Source: Carpediemonas membranifera BICM (taxonomy: Eukaryota; Protista; Fornicata). Taken from it: DNA of 64,000 nt. Location of the stretch: positions 904,272 through 968,271 of the forward strand of contig JAHDYR010000053.1 in the NCBI GenBank assembly GCA_019828565.1. The letters are read 5' to 3'. The first letter of the stretch is position 1. Each line of letters starts with the position of its first letter. The notes beneath the pieces were generated by a model. It saw only the letters and a program-made list of their open reading frames with translations, was not told the origin of the DNA and searched no databases. Positions 33,621 through 44,620 of the stretch are shown here, piece after piece. A program made the position numbers and the translations under genes.

Positions 33621-33942
33621 CCCTCATGTCCGCCCCCCTTCTGGTGTATGACAGGTGGGCCGTCAGACTGAACCAGTTCAGTCCTCTGGAGTTCATCCCA
33701 GGGGGGTCGACAGCCTAAGTCACCTTTACATGAATCCTCCACATAAACCCTCTAAATACCACAATCAAGACGATATAAACTGCACAATGAGTGAGCGTGA
33801 GCTTCATGGATGCCTGAATGCCTATGCTCAGTCTGAGTGCTCAGTAGCAAGGCACAACAGAGGTATCCAAACAATTATGCACCCCGATCAAATGACGGAA
33901 CAACACGAGTTCAACAAAATAACGTTTAGAAATGGCTGAAAC

Positions 33943-34464
33943 CTAGTTACAAGTCGGCTCGATCAGCTCACCCGTCGTGATTGGACTTAAACTGCCCATA
34001 TCTCCGATAAACACCGAGCTCCCCCCTCGATAAGCTGGGTCGACCCCACGCCACTCCTTGATAGCCTTCACACGGAGGACAACTGCCTGTACCTTCTGGT
34101 GGTAGTCAGAAAGCCTGTCGTTGGTGCATGCTTCCTCTCGTCGGGAGGGCTTAGGGACCGCGTGCACCAGCGGACTTGTGATGTCGGCAAGGGTGGCTGG
34201 GGCAACCTCGGTCGGGGCCTCCTGCGGGGAGTCGTCTTGGCTGGACTCGTGGAGCTCGCGGAGACGGTCTGATAGGGATAGCTTGCACTTGACCGTGGGG
34301 GCGATGCGGGTCGATCTCTCGGATCGTGCCAAAGGCGAGTGGAACAATCGCTTCTTCTCGCTGCTGCGCATGGGAGTTTGGTTGAATCTTGCAGGCCTGA
34401 ATGGAGTTCTGTTAAACGTTGGGCTCGACGGTGGCGGCGAATCGGTTTCGTCGGGTTCAAGCAT
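33943..34464 (-). CDS. hypothetical protein (S/P-rich)
   Basis: 173-aa ORF from ATG 34464. Confidence 0.6.
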   Translation of the reverse strand: MLEPDETDSPPPSSPTFNRTPFRPARFNQTPMRSSEKKRLFHSPLARSERSTRIAPTVKCKLSLSDRLRELHESSQDDSPQEAPTEVAPATLADITSPLVHAVPKPSRREEACTNDRLSDYHQKVQAVVLRVKAIKEWRGVDPAYRGGSSVFIGDMGSLSPITTGELIEPTCN

Positions 34465-34870
34465 CAACAGAAGTGCTGCTTCAGTGTCAATTCTGGGTAA
34501 GTTTTGGTAAGGTATACGTACTCATCAGCCATTAATGCACAAGCAGTTTCGTATTAGGATCGTTCCGCCGAAATTTTGCTTAGAACTTGACCACAGTCGA
34601 CGACGTTACAGAGTGACTCAAGCGACTCGGGAAATCAGACAGAAGCCTATCAGACGCAGTACGAACTGCTACCTTGACTGACCCTTTTTTTATACTTTCC
34701 ACCCGATCGGGGCAGTCAAACTCATTTTTCTCTGCAACTCAATCGACTGCACCCAATTTTTGGAGTTCTGAAGCCAACCCAAGAACATACACATATCAAC
34801 GTCATAAACCCGTCAAAGAACGTTTAAACCAGCAACCAGCCAGCAAGACTTTTCTGCAACAATCACGGGG

Positions 34871-35524
34871 TCACCCTGACATCGAGCTCTTCTTCTGGAT
34901 ACTCAGGAGCTGCTCTCTGAGCTTGGCGTGCTCGGTCTCCTTCCTCTTGAGCTTGTGCTTGTACTGCTGCTCCCGCCTCCCCATCTTCCTACACTCGAGG
35001 TCGACCAGCTCGCGGGCATGGGCCTCGGTGTCCATCTCCCGGGCCTGGACATCACGCTGGTCGAGCAGCTGGCTATCCCTGGCACTGCTCTTGAGTCTCT
35101 CCTTCTTGAGCTCCTCTTGGATGTGGGAGATGTCCCGGGATGACCGGGCATTCCCGGCCTCGAGCTGCGTCACGCGGTCGTTCATCTGCTGCTCGGCCCG
35201 CTGGTTGCCGACAGCGAGGTTGCACAGGAGGTCGAGGGCGTCGACGAGGCTGCGCTTGGAAGCAAGAGAACTGTCGAACGAAATATCGCTGATGCCGTAT
35301 TTTTCAACTGTGGATGTAATAGTGGCCATACGGGCATTCATAGAGTGAGAAATAGTTCCAGGAGTCTTTGAAAGCTTGCTTGGGGCCGTTGTTTTGGGAG
35401 TATTCTCCGATTGCTGCTCCAGGTTGGTCACTGGTGTGCCGCCGAAGTGCGCATCGCCGAAATAATCATCGAAAGCGTTCGCTTCCTGTTCAAGGTCATC
35501 AAACAGCTCCTTGATGTCCGTCAT
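34871..35524 (-). CDS. SSX2IP/ADIP/Msd1-like coiled-coil centrosomal protein
   Basis: REQQYKHKLKRKETEHAKLREQL resembles the ADIP motif QY.HelKrKErE..kLKerL. Confidence 0.65.
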   Translation of the reverse strand: MTDIKELFDDLEQEANAFDDYFGDAHFGGTPVTNLEQQSENTPKTTAPSKLSKTPGTISHSMNARMATITSTVEKYGISDISFDSSLASKRSLVDALDLLCNLAVGNQRAEQQMNDRVTQLEAGNARSSRDISHIQEELKKERLKSSARDSQLLDQRDVQAREMDTEAHARELVDLECRKMGRREQQYKHKLKRKETEHAKLREQLLSIQKKSSMSG

Positions 35525-35631
35525 CCGGTTGTTGAAAAATTGCAATATATCTCACGTTAATCGTCATAAATCATCTTCACTCACACTAGCGCGCTTTAAA
35601 TGGTCTTAGTCACTATAGAGTCATCCGCCCA

Positions 35632-36499
35632 TTACAGGATGATCACAATCACGCTGACGTTGTCCGTGGTGAAAGCCTCAAGTGCAGAAGCAAGCAGCTT
35701 CTTAGCAGCAAGGTTGGCAGCCTGCATGGGAGTCTTGCCGTTAGTCAGGCTCTCGTTGAGAGACTTGGCGGCGATTTGGACGACCTGATCATTCGTGAGA
35801 ACGTCAAAGATGCCATCGCACCCGAGTACGACGAACTCGACGCCGTTGGCGATGTCCGTGGTCGTCATGAAGGGATCAGAGATGACAAGCTCCTTCAGCA
35901 GATGATCGCCGAGAGCACGGGATACACCGAGGATGCCGTTGACGCGGTTCTGGCTGACAAACCCGCCGCTAGAGTTGATGCGGTCAATCTCATCGCGGTC
36001 AGTGACCTTGTGGTCGTGGCTAAGCTCCTTCACTGCAAACGTGTTTTCCTGGTTGCGGATACCAAGGACGGCACGGGCGTCACCGACGTTGGAGACATAA
36101 ATGACACCGTCGCGAGAGTCCGTTTTGGCCTCCTTGTCAATGTAGCAGCAGACAGCGGTGCTGCCAGAGAAGATGATCTCGTTCTCCTTGAGCTGGTCGT
36201 CGGTGGTACGCATCGCGTTCTTCCAGGCGCTTGCGATGTCACCGTCTTTCTTGAGAGCATGCGTGAAATTCTGTGTAACAAGGAGAAAAGTGATGTGTAC
36301 TAACCTCATGGACGTGCTGGGCGGCGTAATCAGCAGCCTGCTTGCCACCATGGCCATCATAGATGCCAAAGAAGGCCTTCTGGGTAGAACCATTGAAACT
36401 ATCGATCAAAGTGTGAGCATCCTCCATTGAGGGACGGCACTTCGAATTTTGGTCGCTAGCGAGCCCATATCCTTTCACAGCTTTTGGAGAGTGTTCCAT
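35632..36499 (-). CDS. protein phosphatase 2C (exons 36499-36305, 36270-35632)
   Basis: RPSMEDAH, FGIYDGHGG, SGSTA, NVGDARAV, GVSRALGD, GCDGIFD, TDNVSV; 34-nt intron 36271-36304. Confidence 0.95.
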
Positions 36500-36861
36500 C
36501 GTCGTTCCTACTCGTCTTCGGCGCGCTTTTGTCGTTCATTTTTTCGCGCAAGAAAAAAATCTACTCAAATTGTGACGCGTTTACCATCGATACAAGCCAT
36601 TTATGAGGGCACAGCGTGTGTACATAGCATAATAGGTCCGATCAGCGGGCAGAATCTCGAGTTTGAAAAATCTTAAAAAACAGTCTTTTTGAATCATGCG
36701 TTTTCGTTCTCGGGGTGGGTTGTCGAGCCCAGTAGTGCTGTGCGTGGGCATTACCAACTTCATAAGATGGCTACCAGATTAGATTACTTGGATTGACCAT
36801 GCCACCATCGCACTGACCGGAAATGTTTATCGCGAGGGGAACAATGATGCCTATCATCCAT

Positions 36862-37344
36862 CTATCCATGCTTCTCTGCCATCTCCATGGCTCCTGGCCG
36901 TCTCGAGTGGATCAACCCGAGTCCGGGCCCGGCCGTGGTCAGAAGGAGACTGCGGCCATCTCCAAGGCCAAGCACAGTCGCCTTCACAATATCACCGGGT
37001 CTAAAGAACTGCTCAATGCTGACATCGTCCACCTTGTAGTCTCTCACGTCGATGGAGCGGAGGATACCGCGGAATGGCGTTGTGAGGCGCTGGCCATCGG
37101 AGAACAGGAGAATGATAAATGCTGAAAGCTTCGAGATGCGGACAACACGGCCTATAACCGTCGACTTCACGGCTGGAACTGCTACTGTATGCCCTTGCAC
37201 GCCAATTTCAGAAGAATCCTCTTTGAACTCGCCAACAACGGAAGAAAACGCCAAGCCATCCATCTCAAAGACATTATCACCGATAGTTTTCTCAGATGAA
37301 GGATCTATTTGGCACAGGAACGAACCAGGAACGACGGTAGGCAT
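36862..37344 (-). CDS. CSL4: exosome complex component CSL4 (EXOSC1)
   Basis: MPTVVPG; PAVKSTVIGRV; FRGILRSIDVR; FRPGDIVKATVLGLGD; LLTTAGPGLG. Confidence 0.85.
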   Translation of the reverse strand: MPTVVPGSFLCQIDPSSEKTIGDNVFEMDGLAFSSVVGEFKEDSSEIGVQGHTVAVPAVKSTVIGRVVRISKLSAFIILLFSDGQRLTTPFRGILRSIDVRDYKVDDVSIEQFFRPGDIVKATVLGLGDGRSLLLTTAGPGLGLIHSRRPGAMEMAEKHG

Positions 37345-37653
37345 CCTTGGCGTGGGCTGAGCAGAAACATGCACGTGCCATAAATCATGTATACGACACT
37401 GGAAAGAGTTGACCAGTTGACCTCCTGGTGACCAACTGGTGGTCTGTTGGAGCCTTATGGTCGTGTGGCTGACCTCGGTGAATGCCAACACGTCGGATGA
37501 CCAGGACTTACTAGCAACTCAAGAGAAAATGAAGAGGCACTGAGGCTGAGGCATCTCTCTGGTGCACATTGACTCCATCTTTGAGTCTATGGCAACGGTG
37601 CAGTTTTGCATGTCCTCACCAACGGACGAACTTTGAAGGCCAACACAAACGGC

Positions 37654-39675
37654 ATGGACGATTCATCAGAACCATATGGACTGTTGAATGCAGCTCGTAA
37701 TGAGATATTCGAGTTAAAACGGAAGAATGCCAATCAGCAGCTGCTAATCTCACACCTAGAAGAGGAAGTGCGGCAACTAACGCAAGAGGAGCACCCTGAG
37801 ACCGCTGCGATTCCTAGTAGCCAACGAGACATTGACCCCGAGCTTCATAATGAGATGCAGAAGCTTATCATCCGGAACACCGAGGTTGAGTCCGAGAAGG
37901 AGTGCCTCACGCGGCAAGTCAACCAGCTAGAGGCCGACGTCAAGCTCCAACAGATGGAAATAGATCAGCTTCGGGCCGAGAACGAGCGTATTTCGACCGA
38001 GGGCGCCGAGTTCCGCCGCAACGTCAAGTCTAAGGTCGAGCAAGCCCGCCGCCTCGAGCTGGAGGTACAGAGGCTCACAGAACAGATCAAGGAGCTCGAG
38101 GCCGCCCCCGACGACGAGGATCCCGTGGCTCTCCGGCAGAAGCTGAATGCCCGCGAGGCCGAGCTGACCGACCTGACCGAGCGCCACCGTTGTGTCAATA
38201 GCGTCCTTGGCGAGGTGAGATCTAGGCTATCATCCACTGTACACGTCCAACGACAGTTCATTGAACAGATGCAGGCCGAATTTGAGCGAGTTGCCATGCT
38301 TCACGAGAAGGAGCGACAGAAGCTGCTCGCTGAGAACGATGCGAGAGTCGCCTCCCTCCAGTCGGAATACACTGCTTTCCGCCGCCTCCAGCACGACGAC
38401 AAGCGCCGCCTCCTCCGGGAGCACCAGCAGACGCTCTCATCCATTCAGGCCCAGTTCGACGAGTATCGGACAACCGCAGAGTTTCTGTTCAGTACAGAGG
38501 CCGCTAAGTTCGAGGATAAGCTTAACAGTCAGATGCTCAAGTTCGATATGGAGCTCCGCTTCGTCATACGTGCAAAGGACAAGCTCTTTGATGATATGGT
38601 GGCAGCCAAGGACGGCAAGATCATGAGCCTCATCGACGGATCAGATTTCCAAGCAATGCTGATCAAACATGAGCTGGATCTGGAGCAGATGCGACGGTCA
38701 CACGAGAAAGACGTCGAAAACGTCAAGCAGACGATGCGTACCGAGAAGGAGCATTCCATCGCGGGTCTCAAGAAAGAGCTTGCCGGCCAACGGTCAGTTG
38801 AGGAAAAGATGCGGGGCCAGACTCGATCACTCGAGGCGACTGTGAAGGACCTGACCCAGCAGCTGCAGGCCAAGGACGAGAGCTGGGCGGAGAGAGAAGG
38901 CTACTACAGCCAGCAACACGACGAGTGGCAAGCCAGGGCGGACCAGCTCAGCGGAGACATCAGGAGCTTGATCAGAGACAGGGCTGCGCTGAGACATAAG
39001 CTGGTGAGACTCAAATACACGGCAAACCCGGCTGTCAGCCAATCAGTCGACGTTATCGTCCGGAATCTGACCCAGGCGCTGCAGGATCTCCAGGAGAAGT
39101 ACAGCAGTGTGGCAGATCATCACCAGGTGTCACTCGCTGAGCTGGACAGACTGAGACTCCAGAATAGAGGGCTACTGCGTGCTAAGGATACACTTCAGCT
39201 CGAGGTTGACAGATTGATGAGCGATTACAGCAAGATCACAGAGGCATTTGAGGCAATCGTGTCCTCGGACTCCAAGTCGGCAGGCAGTAACCTCGGGGGA
39301 ACCGCACCTGTTCCAAGGGCGCCGTCTGCTGGTAAGGGCATTGAGCAGGGCGCTGCTCTACTGAGGAGGTTCAGAGCGATTAATGCCCGAATGAGCAAGG
39401 AAGCCTCGGTGAGAGAGCGGCGGATAGCTGAGCTCATCGACGGGCAGGTCGACGAGGAGGACGCCGTGCTTCAGCTGAGTGCCCGAGTTCAGGACGTACC
39501 GCCGGTTGGGGCGCTGGTGGACGAGACCGGCGAGGTTGCCGCGCGGAATAGCGTCAAGGTGTACAAGCCCGCCAAGAAGAAGGCGGCGAGGAAACTGGAT
39601 GTGGCCGCTGAGATCAGGGGGCTGGGCGCCGACCTTCTTGTCACTACGAAAATGCCGGTGGGCGGGCATAGTTGA
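37654..39675 (+). CDS. long coiled-coil protein
   Basis: 673-aa ORF with heptad-rich E/Q/R/L composition. Confidence 0.8.
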   Translation: MDDSSEPYGLLNAARNEIFELKRKNANQQLLISHLEEEVRQLTQEEHPETAAIPSSQRDIDPELHNEMQKLIIRNTEVESEKECLTRQVNQLEADVKLQQMEIDQLRAENERISTEGAEFRRNVKSKVEQARRLELEVQRLTEQIKELEAAPDDEDPVALRQKLNAREAELTDLTERHRCVNSVLGEVRSRLSSTVHVQRQFIEQMQAEFERVAMLHEKERQKLLAENDARVASLQSEYTAFRRLQHDDKRRLLREHQQTLSSIQAQFDEYRTTAEFLFSTEAAKFEDKLNSQMLKFDMELRFVIRAKDKLFDDMVAAKDGKIMSLIDGSDFQAMLIKHELDLEQMRRSHEKDVENVKQTMRTEKEHSIAGLKKELAGQRSVEEKMRGQTRSLEATVKDLTQQLQAKDESWAEREGYYSQQHDEWQARADQLSGDIRSLIRDRAALRHKLVRLKYTANPAVSQSVDVIVRNLTQALQDLQEKYSSVADHHQVSLAELDRLRLQNRGLLRAKDTLQLEVDRLMSDYSKITEAFEAIVSSDSKSAGSNLGGTAPVPRAPSAGKGIEQGAALLRRFRAINARMSKEASVRERRIAELIDGQVDEEDAVLQLSARVQDVPPVGALVDETGEVAARNSVKVYKPAKKKAARKLDVAAEIRGLGADLLVTTKMPVGGHS

Positions 39676-39770
39676 TGTGCGTTGTGTATTTATAGATAAG
39701 TCTCGATATATACGTAAACCTGACGGCATAATCTATCCACGCAACAGCATCAACTGCTGCGACCCCCCTT

Positions 39771-40844
39771 CTAAGCAACGACCGCCATGAACCCGACGGT
39801 GACCAGCACCCCAGAGACTGCCGCAATGGCCATCCTCAGAGCGCTGAATGACCCAGCTCGGTGCAGTATAAGGTCGAATATAAATGTGATTGGACCGTTC
39901 AGACCCTGGCCCGACGAGAAAACGACAGGGTTGAACAGACTAATTGCAAAGAACGACAAGAAGGTCACAACCAGCGAGATGCCCGAGGATAGCGCCAGCT
40001 TGCCCCACTGGACGGTGTCTGGCATGGGTTTGGGGACTGAGACAGCTGCTATAGGCCACAGTACAGCGACATGGAACAGGGCAATGGCGCTAAGGATCGT
40101 AGCAGTGGGCGTGTCCTGTAGATACCGTTTGACCCAAAGTTGGTACGATGAGTTCATAAGGAGGCTCATGAGGCTGATAGCAAGGCCGACTAGGATCCTT
40201 CTTATGTTTGCATGAACTGGATTAGAGACAACGACAGTGAAGAGGATGGACGCGAGGACGACAACAATACTGCCAATGACAGAGAGTATAGCCGGGAATC
40301 TGAGGTCTAGGAGTGTTGTGGCGGCCAGTACTACAATGGGGGTGAGTTGAAACACGGACGTGGCGACAGAGGGGGGAATGAACTTCAGACTCATGATAAA
40401 CAACCCGTTCGTGAGGAAGTACAGAGAGGCACACATCACTAGACGGTAGACAAGGACGAGGAAGTCCCGGAGCCCGAGTTTGGGTCTGAATATGATGAAT
40501 CCCATGACGGGCACGGGCACAAGGATGATCATGGAGGAGTGCATCGTCCAGGTGATGAGGAGAGGCGAGAAGTAGTCATCAAGGGTCTGTAAAAGCTCTG
40601 TATTGATCGAATATAAGACGGAGACTACTATTGAGAGAACGATAGCACCGAGGGCCCTTCGAAGACGGTGAAAGAGCTTGTGGTGCTCCTCCTCGGGTTG
40701 TTCGGAGATCACACTCTCTTCATCTGTCTGCAAAAGCAGCAGTTCTTGTGAGCTATCGGATCTGCGCATCGAAACAACGCTGCTGTCAGCGCCTCCTCTT
40801 TCGCAAAATGACGCTTTCATATGTTGTGACCTCGCTGGGGCCAC
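39771..40844 (-). CDS. DMT/EamA (SLC35F-like) membrane transporter
   Basis: About 10 hydrophobic helices; SPLLITWTMHS, SLKFIPPSVATSVFQLTP; start codon uncertain. Confidence 0.8.
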   Translation of the reverse strand: MAPARSQHMKASFCERGGADSSVVSMRRSDSSQELLLLQTDEESVISEQPEEEHHKLFHRLRRALGAIVLSIVVSVLYSINTELLQTLDDYFSPLLITWTMHSSMIILVPVPVMGFIIFRPKLGLRDFLVLVYRLVMCASLYFLTNGLFIMSLKFIPPSVATSVFQLTPIVVLAATTLLDLRFPAILSVIGSIVVVLASILFTVVVSNPVHANIRRILVGLAISLMSLLMNSSYQLWVKRYLQDTPTATILSAIALFHVAVLWPIAAVSVPKPMPDTVQWGKLALSSGISLVVTFLSFFAISLFNPVVFSSGQGLNGPITFIFDLILHRAGSFSALRMAIAAVSGVLVTVGFMAVVA

Positions 40845-41093
40845 ATCTACGCTAGTGAAGACAGGCTGACTGCTATGTAGTCGCGCTTCGTCTTTTCGGC
40901 TTCATTCAGAGTTTTGCTGCCCTGGCACCCCAACTGCATCCAAAATTTCGCGACCAGGCCCGGAATAACTCAACCTATGAGATGAGCAGTGGCTAGCACA
41001 GCCTCCCGCTCTGATGTCGGCGCTATACGCCTATTTTCGTTGTCATGAATCAGCAAAACCCGCCACACAACCACCCCTTGATCAAGCATACCA

Positions 41094-41603
41094 ATGTACA
41101 CTTCACTTGTGACGTGGAAGGACCCTTATTTGAGCCTCGTGACCATGATCAGTGGCTTCATTCTTATCAGACTGTTGGCCAACGGTCTTCATCTCATCTC
41201 CATCATCTCTATGTGCGCCCTTGTTAATGTAATCGCCGGCCTCGTCCGCCAGAAGTTCAACACATCTATTGGCTCCTCTTCTTCTCCTGTAGACCTCAAG
41301 GAGGGCTCTCGGATCATCTCCGAGAAGCTCACCGCGGCTGTGAATTTCACTCTCAGCGCCTACCACGGAACCAGCCCCCTTGCCGCCTGCGTCGTGATCC
41401 CGACGCTCCTCTACCTCATGGTGTTCGGCAACGCATACGGCTACATGAACCTTGCCTGGTTCATCATGTTTGTATGGTACCCCACAACACGCTACAGCGT
41501 TCTTGGCGCCTCTATCATCTTCTTCAAGGCTGTGTTTGAGGGCTTCAACGACGGTGTGGCCAAGGGCGTCGAGGGTGTCAAGGTCTACCTCAAGGCTGAG
41601 TAA
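41094..41603 (+). CDS. reticulon-like ER-shaping protein
   Basis: LVTWKDPYLS followed by two long hydrophobic hairpin segments. Confidence 0.7.
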   Translation: MYTSLVTWKDPYLSLVTMISGFILIRLLANGLHLISIISMCALVNVIAGLVRQKFNTSIGSSSSPVDLKEGSRIISEKLTAAVNFTLSAYHGTSPLAACVVIPTLLYLMVFGNAYGYMNLAWFIMFVWYPTTRYSVLGASIIFFKAVFEGFNDGVAKGVEGVKVYLKAE

Positions 41604-41690
41604 ATGCTGATACTATGGTCGTATCTCTGAATATTTGCCAATCTCTCCTAATTACGTCGCCCAGCTGCATATTTACCACTCACCCACCCC

Positions 41691-43697
41691 TCATTCCTTC
41701 TTGCGGTGGTGCCTTGGTGGCTTCCCGTCCTCCTTCTTGCCCTCGCCCTCCTGGGGCTTCTTCTTGAGCTCACCCACGGCCTTGAGCTTCGCGATCTCGC
41801 CTCTCAGTGTCCTATTCCTATCAGCCAGCTTCTTAGCATCACTGGATAGCTCGTCGATGGCGTCCTGGGCCTTCTTCCGGTACTCTCTGAACCTGGCCTC
41901 GTGTTCTAGACGATATTGTCTGAACACCATGATATGACTCAACTGACGCTCTTCGGCATCAGTAGCGACCTTCATCTCCATCTCAGCAAGGTGCCGCTCC
42001 ATGTGTTGACTCTCGTTGTTGGCCACAGACAGCCTAGACACGAGGAAGTTCTTATCCGCCTTGAGTTGGATGAGCTGCAGCTGGAGCTCGACGTGGTCCG
42101 CCAGTGTCACTGTATCATTCTCACTTTGCCCGCTGACTTTCGCCTTGAGGGCGTTTTTAGCCTCCTCTGCTTCTTCCCACAACCGCTTCTTCTCAGCGGC
42201 CAGATGCTCGGCGCCCTCCTTCCGGATGGTGTCAAGGTCGATGTCGATGGGATCGTGTCGGTTGTCGATGAATGACTCCGTCTTTGCCAGGCTCTCCTCG
42301 ACCTCCACCGTCTCCGTCATTAGTGACTTCTGGGCGTCCTTCAGCTCCTGGAGCGGTGTTGACGCGCTCTTCCAGGTCTGCCGGGCCTTATCAACCGCTT
42401 TCATCGCTGATCTCGCCGCAGACGACGCAGGACCTTCATGGGACACGATCGAGTTGTACGTAGCCACTGATCCCTCCACAGCCTTGCGGGCCTTGGCCAC
42501 CTCGTCCTTCTGCTTCGTATACTTATCCATGACCTCCTTTCGACGTTCCATGAGCTCGCCCAGCTTCTTCCGCATCGCTTCGTGGTCCTGCCGCGCCACA
42601 TCCTGCACCAGCTCGAGTACACCCGCATCCCTGAGGCTCATAGCCCGCAGTTCCACCTGTTGCCGGGATCTCATAAGCCTATCATCGTTAGTTGTAGCTC
42701 TGACGTCGCTGATGAGACGCATGAGCCCTGTTTGATCGGCGTCGCTGTCTTGGGCCTCAGCAGTCAGTGACCGCAGCAACCGCTGTCTGACATTACGGTT
42801 CGGCTCAATAATCCGCTTAACTGACTGCATTTCCTTCAAACACTGCAGCACCTCCACCGTCTCCGTGTAGTCAGAGGTCAGCGGGCTGACATGGGCAAGG
42901 ATGACCACCAGGCTGTGCGCCATGAAAGATGAGACAAATTGGGTCACCCCATCAGTAGCAGGGGCGGTCTTACACTTGTTGGAGAAGTATTCAGTCAGCC
43001 CAGCAACCGGGGAGGGTCCCTTGGCCGCCGAGGGGGAGGGGAGGTCAGCGAAGACGATCTCAGAGGTGGTGTTGTCGCCCATCGCTGTCTCACACGAGAC
43101 GAAGACAGTGTAGAGCACGGGGGCGTTCTCCATCGCAGGATGGAGGCTGATGGTGCCGTTGCGGCAGGCATCAATCTGCCGGACCAAGAGATTGCCGTCT
43201 TCTGGGTTCAGCACAGCGATCTCTGCGGCGTTAGTGATCTTCACGCCGATCACAGGGTGAGTCTCGACCTTGGGCTCCCAGGTAGGTAGGATGAGGTCTT
43301 GACAGCCGTCAGGCGTAAACATCACAGCGGAGAGCGTCGCAAAGAGGGTGATGCCGAGATTATTATCCACTGCGGCGAACAGGGCCTTGAATACGGACGT
43401 GACGAGGCCGTCCTTGCCAGTTATACTGTGAGTCTTCCCAGTGTTCGACGCGCCCCAGGCGAGGACGCAGGCATCATGCCCTTCCAGTGACTTGCTGATA
43501 ATTGTACTGAGCAATGAGTCGGACACTTGCTTGTTTGAGTTCTTCTCTGTGAAGGCAAAGCTGATGGGCAGAGAAAAATCCTCGTCTCTTCCTCGGGGAT
43601 CTGAGATGACGGTGATCTTCTTCTGCAGTTCTACACAGCTCTTTCCATCTGCTGGTTTCACACGAATGCCAACCTTCGTTCCCGTCGGTTTCGCCAT
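41691..43697 (-). CDS. divergent kinesin-like protein (N-terminal motor plus coiled coil)
   Basis: KVGIRVKP, P-loop AWGASNTGKTHS, FADL, ILAHVSP...YTET; switch motifs degenerate. Confidence 0.8.
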   Translation of the reverse strand: MAKPTGTKVGIRVKPADGKSCVELQKKITVISDPRGRDEDFSLPISFAFTEKNSNKQVSDSLLSTIISKSLEGHDACVLAWGASNTGKTHSITGKDGLVTSVFKALFAAVDNNLGITLFATLSAVMFTPDGCQDLILPTWEPKVETHPVIGVKITNAAEIAVLNPEDGNLLVRQIDACRNGTISLHPAMENAPVLYTVFVSCETAMGDNTTSEIVFADLPSPSAAKGPSPVAGLTEYFSNKCKTAPATDGVTQFVSSFMAHSLVVILAHVSPLTSDYTETVEVLQCLKEMQSVKRIIEPNRNVRQRLLRSLTAEAQDSDADQTGLMRLISDVRATTNDDRLMRSRQQVELRAMSLRDAGVLELVQDVARQDHEAMRKKLGELMERRKEVMDKYTKQKDEVAKARKAVEGSVATYNSIVSHEGPASSAARSAMKAVDKARQTWKSASTPLQELKDAQKSLMTETVEVEESLAKTESFIDNRHDPIDIDLDTIRKEGAEHLAAEKKRLWEEAEEAKNALKAKVSGQSENDTVTLADHVELQLQLIQLKADKNFLVSRLSVANNESQHMERHLAEMEMKVATDAEERQLSHIMVFRQYRLEHEARFREYRKKAQDAIDELSSDAKKLADRNRTLRGEIAKLKAVGELKKKPQEGEGKKEDGKPPRHHRKKE

Positions 43698-43886
43698 TCG
43701 TTCGGTCGTTGTGGCTAAAGTGCTAAAATGCGCGGCTAATTGCGGCAGATGGATGGGACAAAGCCTCAAGGTGGCTGCAGCTGTGCCCCATACCTTCCTG
43801 TAGACTCTCTACGACTCGGCAGTGCAGAATATCTATCCCCAACCGGCGATCAAGCGCGAGTTTATTAAAAAGACAACAGACCGTGC

Positions 43887-44399
43887 TCAGTGGCACCCGT
43901 CATACCGCATCATCAGAGCAACCTCCTTGGACTCATGGAACGCCGCAGCCATGATGTTCAAGGCATCCTCAGACGACTTGTTGCTGAGGATCTCCACAAA
44001 GCGACTGTACGCCTCCACTTCTTCGGACGAGAGGTCTGCGGGGCGCTCGATGTCCATAGCTCCAATGCGAGCAGAGAGGTCGGGCTCCTCGAGTTCGGGA
44101 TGGGGCCATTCGCCGTTATCAACCGAAACAACACTTCGCGCGGATTTTGGGCGGCTTCCAACGCGAGAACCTGCACGGGAGCCGGCTCTGGATCCCGATC
44201 TGATCGCAGTTGTAGGACGAGAACGCCTTTGTGAAACACCCCAAGGTGCGGACTTGTCGATGGAGCTCCGAACGGACTTCAAATTGCTCGAATGAAGCGC
44301 GTGTTCCTGGTTCACAAGATCTCTCCCACCTACGTTTAGCGTGGATGCAGAAAATGGAGAGGTTGCACGCGGTCCTGGTCGAACACGAGTGCTTGGCAT
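43887..44399 (-). CDS. hypothetical protein
   Basis: 170-aa ORF with (SRAG)-type repeats and a helical C-terminus. Confidence 0.6.
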   Translation of the reverse strand: MPSTRVRPGPRATSPFSASTLNVGGRDLVNQEHALHSSNLKSVRSSIDKSAPWGVSQRRSRPTTAIRSGSRAGSRAGSRVGSRPKSARSVVSVDNGEWPHPELEEPDLSARIGAMDIERPADLSSEEVEAYSRFVEILSNKSSEDALNIMAAAFHESKEVALMMRYDGCH

Positions 44400-44620
44400 G
44401 AGAATGGTGAAGATTTTTCCGTAAACTGCGGTGGGGTAGAATCATCAAGATGGGGGTCTCACGTCGAGTAACGGTGATGTGGATGCCCGATTCGCTCCAA
44501 CGCTGCCTCTCCATCATATTTCATCGACTTCACCATTTCGTCACCATTCCAGAATTGCTCAACACGAGGAAATCGCCGGACCTACACATTTTATACACCT
44601 GCATGCTGCCACGCCTCGCC

